Shown one piece after another: positions 15,979-23,591 of a stretch of DNA of 32,000 nt (its first letter is position 1; every line of letters starts with the position of its first letter). Both the position numbers and the translations under genes were made by a program. The stretch is from contig NC_009954.1 in assembly GCF_000018305.1 (NCBI RefSeq), positions 1,950,001 to 1,982,000 on the forward strand, in the 5' to 3' direction. The notes beneath the pieces were generated by a model. The model ran no database searches. It was not told the origin of the DNA and saw nothing but the letters and a program-made list of their open reading frames with translations. This stretch comes from Caldivirga maquilingensis IC-167 (GTDB lineage: Archaea > Thermoproteota > Thermoprotei > Thermoproteales > Thermocladiaceae).

Positions 15979-18885
15979 TCAATATAAGTTATTGAATAAT
16001 GAATTATAGAGCTCAAGCGGTCTCACTATATAGTTAAGGCCCCCATTACTTATGACTACTTCACTACCGTTAAAGCTTACTTCAGCCTTGAAGGGTATGA
16101 TAATGCCCCACATGGTTAACTCACCATCACTGTAATCCTCGTAATACATGTACACGGTTCTAATACTATGGCCTCTCCACCCATACGTCACCTCAGGTGT
16201 CTTTGGTAATGCGATAACGTAATCAGTGCTCCCTGTGGTTAATGCAATACTGTTCTTCCTCATGTAGACTACATCACCCATGCAGTGTATACTCCATCTG
16301 AATTTACCTACCCCATTAATCTTGTCTAATACCACGTATATTAATTTACCTAAGGCAACCACCCCCCTCTTATGATTAACACCTGGGTATGTATTAGCCT
16401 CAAACACCGCGTAGACGTCATTACCATTAACCCAATACCTCACTAACCTCCCCCTAGTCTCTAATTGATCCTTATCCTCCAGGGTCACAGTATTGTGAGC
16501 TATGCTCCTCCTACTCCACTTCCAGTGAAGATCAGAGTAGTATCCACCTGAACCAGCGTCAACAATGAGTGGTTCCCCGTTTGAGTGTAGTTCGAAGCTT
16601 AACTTATCTGGGTGACCATGCCATGCACCGTGAGGGCCGTAGTCAAGTATGAAGTAGGTTGCGTTAGGTTCATCACTACTCCTTACTATGAATCTACCTG
16701 AGTCATCAAGCACAGTGACTTGTTCATGCCTGGGTTCAATGGGGGATTTAATTAAATCATGGCCGTCGGCTAAGGCTAATGCGCTGAATAGTGATGTTGG
16801 CCTTGAGCCAAGTTCCATAAGCCTTAAACCAACTTTAAGGAGCACTGGGTCATTATACCTAACCCCACCCACTATGAATGGGTCTGGGTTAGGTATATCA
16901 TCGCCACTATCCTCAAGGGCCGGTGTCCTGTAGCGTGGGTCGAGTACATTCCAAAGCCAGTACGCAGCCTTCTTAATCACTGGTTCACCATTACTCGTAA
17001 TTGAGTATAGGTCAATCCCATTAAGCCTAAGTAACTCAGCCCCCCAGGTAACCATGTTTAATACTGCATTATGGTATCCCGCTGACTCCTCAAGCCAACC
17101 ACCATCATTAAGGAAGTAATTCAACGTGCTCCTTAACACTGATTCAGCCTTAATGAGCCCTAGTTTAGAGTTATTGAAGTTGAATTTACTTGAAATAGCC
17201 AGTAATGCTAAAGCTTCCGTTAATTCCCAATTACCAGCCCAGGCGTTGGTTAATTTAATTAATTCACCCTGAGCCCACCTGAACATTAGCTTTAACCTAG
17301 TTTTCAATTCCTCAGGGAGCTCATCCTCAATTAAGTCGTAGGCTAGGATTAATTGAAGCATGCCTGCTGAACCAGCTCCACCGTGAATACCATTAAACCA
17401 GTGAATTAACTCACCCCTCTCATACGCTGAAGCCACCATTTCTAAACCCTTTAAGGCATCATTAATCGGTGAACCTAGGAATACGTGGCTTGAGGCTGAT
17501 TTAAGAATCATGTCGGCTAAGGCTGAGGTAACGTAACCATCCCTAGTAGCCTTACTTAAGTCAAGGAATATCGCTGGGTAAACCTTAACATCACCGCTTA
17601 AATACTCCTTAAGAACCCGGACAGCCCACTCAGGTAATTGCCTCACCTTAATTAGCCTACGGGATGTTGAGAAATCCTCAGCAGCCAACTCATATATGGG
17701 TATTGAGGCTGACTTATCATCATAGAATCCCTCAACCTCATCACTCCAATCACCAACATGATTCACCAACCCGGGATTCCTTCTCCCTAATGCATTAAGG
17801 GCCGCTGCGTAATCTGGGTTAATTGAGAATGCCCTTGAAGCCACCTTCCCATTAATGTTAAACTCAAGGTAAGGCACCTCGTATAGGGTGTCCTCCATGC
17901 TCCACCTCATGGGCTCTGTGGTGAATCCTACTGTTGATACTTCACCAGGCTTGAGATTAATAGTATCATGCTCCAGGGTTAACCCAAGTCTTGATTCACC
18001 AACCCTAACCCTATCAACATCATAACCCCTCCTGCCTAGTGTTGGCATTGATTTAACCAACTTAACGTAACCATTAATACTGAAGCCTCCACTGCCCGTT
18101 AACGAGTAGACGCTCAATGAACCATTAATAGTGTCCCCAGGCTTAACTACACTGGGTGAGTTAATCCCTATTATTAACTCATCATCAACGTAATCAACCC
18201 TACTTAACCCGTTAAACAGCGTTAACTCATACTTTAGGCTCACCTCACCCTCACCATTAGCCACTAGGTTAAGCTCAGTGTTGAAGAATTGATCCTCAAC
18301 AATACCGTAACAGGGTGATAGGCACTTAACCAGTAAGCCGGTGAGCCTACCCTCATTAATGAAGGCAATCCACTTAAGCTCAGGGAAATACCTATCACTG
18401 TACGAGTGTTTACTAAACCTGAAGCCGGAGACTGGTGGTTTAAGGCCCACTGAGGAGAAGCTGTTGGGTGGTTCAGTGAAGCCGAATTTCACGAAATACC
18501 TGCAATTATACATTGCACCCAATGCCTCACCCCAGTAGCCACCGTTACCGCAGGCCACGTGGATTAATTCCCTAACCCTACTCACCCCAGTGGCCTTAAT
18601 TGTGATTAAGGCGCCTTGCCTCATTAACTTCACCTCCTTAATTAAAACCCTACCCTCCTCCTCAACCCTCAATGTTACTGAGTCATCGCTTAAATTAACT
18701 ATGCTCCTTCTACTCTTAATGAATGGTTCAATCTCCAGTATCCCCATACCTGGCTCCATGAGCTCCAGCTCAGGCTTCCTGGCCAGCAAGTGTTGAGCAT
18801 TACTACGCTTATCAAGTAGCTCAACTACTGTACCTGAGGCTTCATGGATAATGAGTCTAATGTTATTATTCTCCAGGGTTATCAT
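15979..18885 (-). CDS. Large heparinase II/III-like (polysaccharide-lyase-fold) protein with no signal peptide
   Basis: The C-terminal HGHPDKLSFELHSNGEPLIVDAGSGGYYSDLHWKWSRRSIAHNTV matches the heparinase II/III family core. A central helical region is compatible with an alpha/alpha toroid. The N-terminus MITLENNNIRLIIHEASG has no hydrophobic leader. Confidence 0.65.
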   Translation of the reverse strand: MITLENNNIRLIIHEASGTVVELLDKRSNAQHLLARKPELELMEPGMGILEIEPFIKSRRSIVNLSDDSVTLRVEEEGRVLIKEVKLMRQGALITIKATGVSRVRELIHVACGNGGYWGEALGAMYNCRYFVKFGFTEPPNSFSSVGLKPPVSGFRFSKHSYSDRYFPELKWIAFINEGRLTGLLVKCLSPCYGIVEDQFFNTELNLVANGEGEVSLKYELTLFNGLSRVDYVDDELIIGINSPSVVKPGDTINGSLSVYSLTGSGGFSINGYVKLVKSMPTLGRRGYDVDRVRVGESRLGLTLEHDTINLKPGEVSTVGFTTEPMRWSMEDTLYEVPYLEFNINGKVASRAFSINPDYAAALNALGRRNPGLVNHVGDWSDEVEGFYDDKSASIPIYELAAEDFSTSRRLIKVRQLPEWAVRVLKEYLSGDVKVYPAIFLDLSKATRDGYVTSALADMILKSASSHVFLGSPINDALKGLEMVASAYERGELIHWFNGIHGGAGSAGMLQLILAYDLIEDELPEELKTRLKLMFRWAQGELIKLTNAWAGNWELTEALALLAISSKFNFNNSKLGLIKAESVLRSTLNYFLNDGGWLEESAGYHNAVLNMVTWGAELLRLNGIDLYSITSNGEPVIKKAAYWLWNVLDPRYRTPALEDSGDDIPNPDPFIVGGVRYNDPVLLKVGLRLMELGSRPTSLFSALALADGHDLIKSPIEPRHEQVTVLDDSGRFIVRSSDEPNATYFILDYGPHGAWHGHPDKLSFELHSNGEPLIVDAGSGGYYSDLHWKWSRRSIAHNTVTLEDKDQLETRGRLVRYWVNGNDVYAVFEANTYPGVNHKRGVVALGKLIYVVLDKINGVGKFRWSIHCMGDVVYMRKNSIALTTGSTDYVIALPKTPEVTYGWRGHSIRTVYMYYEDYSDGELTMWGIIIPFKAEVSFNGSEVVISNGGLNYIVRPLELYNSLFNNLY

Positions 18886-18899
18886 ACTTAGCCTTAACC

Positions 18900-18921
18900 C
18901 CTAATGCTATTAAGCATTTAG
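18900..18921 (-). promoter_or_regulatory. Palindromic promoter core upstream of the heparinase-like gene
   Basis: The minus strand reads AATGCTTAATAG at -33..-22 from the ATG at 18885. The plus strand reads AATGCT-ATTA-AGCATT, with 6-bp arms at 18903-18918. Confidence 0.45.
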
Positions 18922-18978
18922 ATCCCTAATACTGTGTACCGCTGCGGAAGCTGCATTAGGTTCATTAATGTTTACGGA

Positions 18979-18989
18979 ATATTTTAATA
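18979..18989 (+). promoter_or_regulatory. TATA-like box for rpl15e
   Basis: AATATTTTAAT is centred about 29 nt upstream of the ATG at 19013. Confidence 0.45.
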
Positions 18990-19012
18990 GGGGGTTGGGT
19001 TAAGAGGGGCGT

Positions 19013-19570
19013 ATGGGTACGTTACGCTATGTTGCTGATATTTGGAAGAAACCGTATGAGGATCCGTTGAGGCAGGTGATTAAGGCTAGGTTAATTAAGT
19101 GGCGTAGGGAACCTGCAATACTTAGGGTTGATAAACCAACAAGGATTGATAAGGCTAGGAAGTACGGGTATAAGGCTAAGCAGGGTGTGGTGGTGGTGAG
19201 GGTTAGGGTGAGGAGGGGTCCATTTAATAGGCGTAGGCCTAATACTGGTAGGAGACCTAAGAGAATGGGGGTTTATGGTGTTGCATTATCCACTAACCTA
19301 CAGGTGGTTGCCGAGCAGAGGGCGGCTAGGAGGTTCAGTAACCTGGAGGTTCTTGGGTCATACTGGGTTGGTGAGGATGCCATGTATAAGTGGTTTGAGG
19401 TTGTTATGATTGATCCAAGTCACCCAGCAATTAGGAATGACCCAGATTACGCCTGGGTGGTTGGTAAGGAGTATAGGGAGGGTAGAAGGATTAGGAGGAT
19501 TAGGGAGAGGCAGAGGAAGCTAATTGAGAGGTTGAGGAAACAAGCCAGTGGGGGTTCAAGTCAACAGTAA
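19013..19570 (+). CDS. rpl15e: Ribosomal protein eL15 (L15e)
   Basis: The sequence YVADIWKKP...RLIKWRREPAILRVDKPTRIDKARKYGYKAKQGVVVVRVRVRRG is the canonical L15e pattern. Confidence 0.9.
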   Translation: MGTLRYVADIWKKPYEDPLRQVIKARLIKWRREPAILRVDKPTRIDKARKYGYKAKQGVVVVRVRVRRGPFNRRRPNTGRRPKRMGVYGVALSTNLQVVAEQRAARRFSNLEVLGSYWVGEDAMYKWFEVVMIDPSHPAIRNDPDYAWVVGKEYREGRRIRRIRERQRKLIERLRKQASGGSSQQ

Positions 19571-19595
19571 TTAACTTGAAGCACCACATTTGAAT

Positions 19596-19607
19596 AATAT
19601 TTTTAAC
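19596..19607 (+). promoter_or_regulatory. TATA-like box for the phosphohexomutase gene
   Basis: AATATTTTTAAC is centred about 26 nt upstream of the GTG start at 19628. Confidence 0.45.
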
Positions 19608-19627
19608 TACTTACGCCTAAACCGCAG

Positions 19628-21040
19628 GTGGATAGGGTAACTGTGAAATTCGGTACTGATGGTGTTAGGGGTATTGTTGGTGAGTCTATAACTGACTTAG
19701 TTGTTGCGGTAATAGCTGAGGCAACGTTAAGGTACTGGGGTAGGAGGCATGGCGTATCAAGGGTTTTAGTGAGTCATGACACTAGACGAATGTCAAGGGA
19801 TTTCGCAGTTATAATAGCCTCAGTGGCTAGGGAGCATGGGGTTGATGCTAACATAGTCTCCTCACCCACACCCACCCCTGTTGTTTCATGGGCTGTGTTG
19901 AAGTATAGGTATGACTTAGCCTTTCAAGTAACGGCAAGTCATAATCCACCAATGTATAATGGAGTCAAGGTAATAGGTGGTGACGGCGCACCGGCTAAGC
20001 CTGAGGACACTAACGGCATAGAGGAGGTGATTAACAGTGAGTATGATGATGTTTTAAGAAGCGTTAGGGATATTGAGTATACTCAAATTCCATCAATTAA
20101 CGTTAGGGATGGTTACGTTGAGTACCTGGTTTCATGGTTCTCAAGCAGGTTTAAGCCTAGGAAACTTAAGGTGCTTGTTGACCCAATACATGGTGCTGCG
20201 GTTGGGTATACTGCCAGTATACTTAAGGGCCTCGGCTTCGATGCAGTGGAGGTTAATAGTGAACAGGACCCTGACTTTAAGGGTAAGTTACCTAACCCTG
20301 AGTATGATCAAATTAAGGACGATATTGACGCAGTCCTAAGCGGTAAGTATGATATGGCTATAGCCCATGATGGTGACAGTGATAGGGTAGCCATGGTTGT
20401 TAAGGGTTTAGGCTACTTGGATGCGAATAGGATAATACCTGTTTTCCTAAGGGCCCTTTGGGGAATGGGGATGGTTAAGAGAGGTGTGGCTAGGACAGTG
20501 GCTACAACGCATCTGATTGATGACATTGCCCTTGACCTCAATATTAAAGTCACCGAGACACCTGTGGGCATAAAGTACATTGTTGATGCTATTAATAGGG
20601 GTGAGGCTGACATTGGGGGTGAGGAGAGTGGTGGATTAGCCTACTCCTGGCATATTCCTGAGAAGGACGGCATATACAGTGGAGTAATGGGGGCCTGCAT
20701 AGAGGGTACTGGTGGGGTATCAAGCATATACGGTGAATTAACCAGTAGGTATGGTGAACGCCACTTCAGGAGGATTGATATTAAGGCTAATGATGCCAAG
20801 ACCCTTGTTAATAGGATTAAGCCTGAGTTAAGGAGGCAATTAACCTCAATGGGTGAATTAACGGGTTTCGTGGAGATTGATGGGTTTAAGGCTGTTTACA
20901 GGGATAAGTCATGGGTGTTAATTAGGGGTAGTGGAACTGAACCATTAATCAGGATCTACTCGGAGGCACTCAGTATGAGTAGGGTTAATGAATTATTAGG
21001 CTCAGTGGTGGACCTAGTTAATAGGTTGGTAAAGGGTTAA
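19628..21040 (+). CDS. Phosphoglucomutase/phosphomannomutase-family phosphohexomutase (PGM/PMM/GlmM-like)
   Basis: The catalytic serine loop is TASHNPPMYNGVKV, the metal loop is AHDGDSDR, and the sugar-binding loop is GGEESGG. A C-terminal RGSGTEPLIRIY motif is present. Confidence 0.9.
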   Translation: MDRVTVKFGTDGVRGIVGESITDLVVAVIAEATLRYWGRRHGVSRVLVSHDTRRMSRDFAVIIASVAREHGVDANIVSSPTPTPVVSWAVLKYRYDLAFQVTASHNPPMYNGVKVIGGDGAPAKPEDTNGIEEVINSEYDDVLRSVRDIEYTQIPSINVRDGYVEYLVSWFSSRFKPRKLKVLVDPIHGAAVGYTASILKGLGFDAVEVNSEQDPDFKGKLPNPEYDQIKDDIDAVLSGKYDMAIAHDGDSDRVAMVVKGLGYLDANRIIPVFLRALWGMGMVKRGVARTVATTHLIDDIALDLNIKVTETPVGIKYIVDAINRGEADIGGEESGGLAYSWHIPEKDGIYSGVMGACIEGTGGVSSIYGELTSRYGERHFRRIDIKANDAKTLVNRIKPELRRQLTSMGELTGFVEIDGFKAVYRDKSWVLIRGSGTEPLIRIYSEALSMSRVNELLGSVVDLVNRLVKG

Positions 21041-21618
21041 TTACCGTAAATACTCTTGAAGATTGAGGCGGATATTAATCTACTAACCCTAAGGGGTTCC
21101 GGCCTCCTTCCATCCCTCTGATACTTAGTTATAAGAACCCTAGCCTCACTGTAGCTTAAACCCCTGTACCTAACCCAGATTGGGCCGTACTTAGTGTTAA
21201 CCAACTCTGGTTCCCCAATCTTACTCAATACACTTAACCTAGTCTCATAATCCTTGAATAATTTAACTATGGCTGCCCTTGGATTACCCCTATTCCTACT
21301 GAAGGCTAGGCACATTGCTGGTAAGCCTAATTCCTCATGAAGCCTATCTATGTCGACAATATTATAGAAGGATATTATGCACCCATCAATCATTACAGCG
21401 TGTACATCCGGTCTATTCAACTCCTTAAACATACTTATTATTGAGTCAGTAACATCCATACCGCCCACCGTGGAGTACGAGTTCACTACACCATCAATTA
21501 TGAAGTCACTCCTCATTACAACCCCAGTTAATATTGACTTAGGGTGCGTTAGCTTGAAGCTCTCAGCTATACCGAGAACCCTAATGGCTCTCTTGCTTAT
21601 TAATGATTCATGACCCAT
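21037..21618 (-). CDS. DUF99/UPF0215 family protein (endonuclease V-like fold)
   Basis: The pattern IRVLGIAESF...GVVMRSDFIIDGV...GGMDVTDSI...VMIDGCIISFYNIVDI...GLPAMCL...RPEPLRVSRLIASA follows the DUF99 family pattern. The start overlaps the upstream gene by 11 nt. Confidence 0.7.
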   Translation of the reverse strand: MGHESLISKRAIRVLGIAESFKLTHPKSILTGVVMRSDFIIDGVVNSYSTVGGMDVTDSIISMFKELNRPDVHAVMIDGCIISFYNIVDIDRLHEELGLPAMCLAFSRNRGNPRAAIVKLFKDYETRLSVLSKIGEPELVNTKYGPIWVRYRGLSYSEARVLITKYQRDGRRPEPLRVSRLISASIFKSIYGN

Positions 21619-22720
21619 TCGCCGACACCTGCCTTCTAAGGAAGCTCAGTAACTCATCCACGTTATCGAAGTACTCGTGCACGTATTCAAATGGGTTTTC
21701 AGCAATATCACCATCCTCAAGGGGCCAGTAGACGTAGACGGGCTTACCCATGTTAACAGCAATGGTTACTTCAGAAAACACCCCCCTGCTTAATGTACCA
21801 CCGTACCTGGGCCTATAGGCTATAACCATGTCAGACTGCTCAATGTACCTAAAGTCCCTCCTCATTATTTGATCCTGAATAAGACTCCTCTTGGTTACTG
21901 GATTCCTTGAAGATACCTCAATAATCTCATCCTCCTTAAGCTTAATTGGGTAATCACTGTCATCGTTATCCGTGGGCCACCTGTCCTCCTTATTGATCAC
22001 TGCCCTATGTTCACTTAACCAATTCCTCTCTATTATTAATTCATCAATTGTAGTTGGTTCAAAAAGCACTACAATTTCCCTAAGCCTCTTGGCGAATTCA
22101 TTAATCTCACCCACAGCCTTACCATCACCCCTCACGTGGCTTATTGGGTGGGATAAGTAGGCTTTAGGTAGCTTAGTGAATATTATCTTGTAGAAGGTTT
22201 CCACAGGGTGCTTAATAGCCATAACGTAATTCCTCACCCCAAGGACGGTGGCCAACATGTCAGCCATCATTATCTCCACCGTCCTCCAAACAAACACATC
22301 CCTCAACCTAATGTAAACCCCATGCCTCTCCTTAGATTCCCTACTGGTTATCCTATTCCACACTGAGTAGGCGTCATCAATGAGTGTTAGTATCATGTCG
22401 AACTTAAACTCCTTAAGGGCATTAGCGTCAATAAGGCTCCAATACGTGTTATGCCGGAAGTACGTTAAATGCATACTGATTATAACGTGGTCAGGCTGCT
22501 CCTTCTCAATGCGGCTTAGGATTTGGTTAACGGTCTCATACCACTTATTCCTCTGCTTCTCAAGGTAACTATCAAGGAAGTACGGCATTGATTCAGATAA
22601 CATTGAGTCGAAGTCCAGGGTTAAGACTTTACCAACCCTATTACCCATGTAACTGTTTAATGCGTTAATCCACCTATGCTTATCTAATCCACTATGACCA
22701 GCCACTAAAACCCTTACCAT
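21608..22720 (-). CDS. Two-domain hypothetical protein: N-terminal Rossmann/P-loop-like domain with a degenerate Walker A, plus a C-terminal nucleoside 2-deoxyribosyltransferase-like domain
   Basis: The N-terminus has VLVAGHSGLDKH (GxxGxDK instead of GxxGxGK) and ILTLIDD (Walker B-like). The C-terminal half starts with AYLSHPIS and ends with VIAYRPRYGGTLSRGVFSEVTIAVNMGKPVYVYWP, matching the NDT-like S/D-x-G-x3-E-x3-A-x3-GKPV pattern. Confidence 0.45.
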   Translation of the reverse strand: MVRVLVAGHSGLDKHRWINALNSYMGNRVGKVLTLDFDSMLSESMPYFLDSYLEKQRNKWYETVNQILSRIEKEQPDHVIISMHLTYFRHNTYWSLIDANALKEFKFDMILTLIDDAYSVWNRITSRESKERHGVYIRLRDVFVWRTVEIMMADMLATVLGVRNYVMAIKHPVETFYKIIFTKLPKAYLSHPISHVRGDGKAVGEINEFAKRLREIVVLFEPTTIDELIIERNWLSEHRAVINKEDRWPTDNDDSDYPIKLKEDEIIEVSSRNPVTKRSLIQDQIMRRDFRYIEQSDMVIAYRPRYGGTLSRGVFSEVTIAVNMGKPVYVYWPLEDGDIAENPFEYVHEYFDNVDELLSFLRRQVSANGS

Positions 22721-22796
22721 ACCTCACTTGAATTACTATTTCATTATTTTTAAAGCATTCCTGTAGCGTATAGCATTAATATTCATTAAAATAAGC

Positions 22797-22827
22797 TAAT
22801 GCTTAATTACCTTAATGCTTAAGCATA
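22797..22827 (+). promoter_or_regulatory. Promoter region with tandem TAATGCTTAA repeats and a 12-bp palindrome upstream of the SIS/DUF1343 operon
   Basis: TAATGCTTAA occurs at 22797-22806 and again at 22813-22822. The first copy places AATGCTTAAT at -33..-24 from the ATG at 22831. ATGCTTAAGCAT (22816-22827) is a perfect palindrome at -15..-4. Confidence 0.45.
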
Positions 22828-22830
22828 GTT

Positions 22831-23574
22831 ATGAGTGGGGGCTTGGATTACGTTAATGAGTATAAGGCTACCGTGGTGAGGTTAATTGACGATGTTTTAA
22901 AGGACCAGTGGAGTAACATTAAGTCAGCCGCGGACCTATGCGTCGATTCATTAAGTAAGGGTGGGTTAATTTACGTCTTCGGTACCGGTCACTCAATGTT
23001 AATGGTGCTTGAGGTATTCTATAGGTCAGGGGGATTAGCGTCAATTTACCCGATACTTGACCCGAATCTACTTGGGTTAAACGGCATGTCCCTCTCAAGT
23101 AGCCTTGAGAGGCTACCCGGCTACGCAAGTAATCTCCTTAATTCACAGAGAATAGTACCAAACTCAGTAATGATCATAGTGTCTAATTCAGGTAAAAATG
23201 CCGCACCCGTGGAAATGGCCTACGAGGCTAAGAGGAGGGGGTTAAGGGTTATTGCATTAACGTCAATCAACTACTCAAGGAGTCTTCAACCAGATAACCC
23301 ACTTGGTAAGAGACTTTTCGAGCTGGCTGACGTCACCATTGATAATAAGGTACCGCCAGGGGAGGCTGCATTGGAGATTGAGGGCACTAGGGTTGCCGCA
23401 GTATCAACTATAGTAAACGCATTTATACTACATAGCCTTGAATTAACGATAATGAGTGAATTAAGGAGGAGGGGTATTGAACCCGAGGTCTGGGTTAGCG
23501 TTAACGTACCAGGTGGTAGGGAGCGTAATGAATCCTTATTAAGCAAGTATAGGCAGATCGTGAGGTATTTGTAG
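22831..23574 (+). CDS. SIS (sugar isomerase/phosphosugar-binding) domain protein, UPF0309-like
   Basis: GGLIYVFGTGHSMLMVLEVFYRSGGLA and IVSNSGKNAAPVEMA match the UPF0309 SIS pattern. It is not the MurQ-type GAGTSGRLG motif. Confidence 0.65.
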   Translation: MSGGLDYVNEYKATVVRLIDDVLKDQWSNIKSAADLCVDSLSKGGLIYVFGTGHSMLMVLEVFYRSGGLASIYPILDPNLLGLNGMSLSSSLERLPGYASNLLNSQRIVPNSVMIIVSNSGKNAAPVEMAYEAKRRGLRVIALTSINYSRSLQPDNPLGKRLFELADVTIDNKVPPGEAALEIEGTRVAAVSTIVNAFILHSLELTIMSELRRRGIEPEVWVSVNVPGGRERNESLLSKYRQIVRYL

Positions 23575-23591
23575 TAATTGGTGAAGATTAA

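Noticed and set aside
18900-22827. The shared AATGCTTAAT motif as a dedicated operator of a glycan-utilisation regulon (heparinase-like, ABC ATPases, SIS/DUF1343)
   Set aside because: The same core also precedes atpK, the C/D sRNA candidate and, in variant form, nth. None of these is sugar-related, so a general BRE/TATA consensus explains most of the signal. Only the palindromic and tandem arrangements remain as a weak hint of extra regulation.
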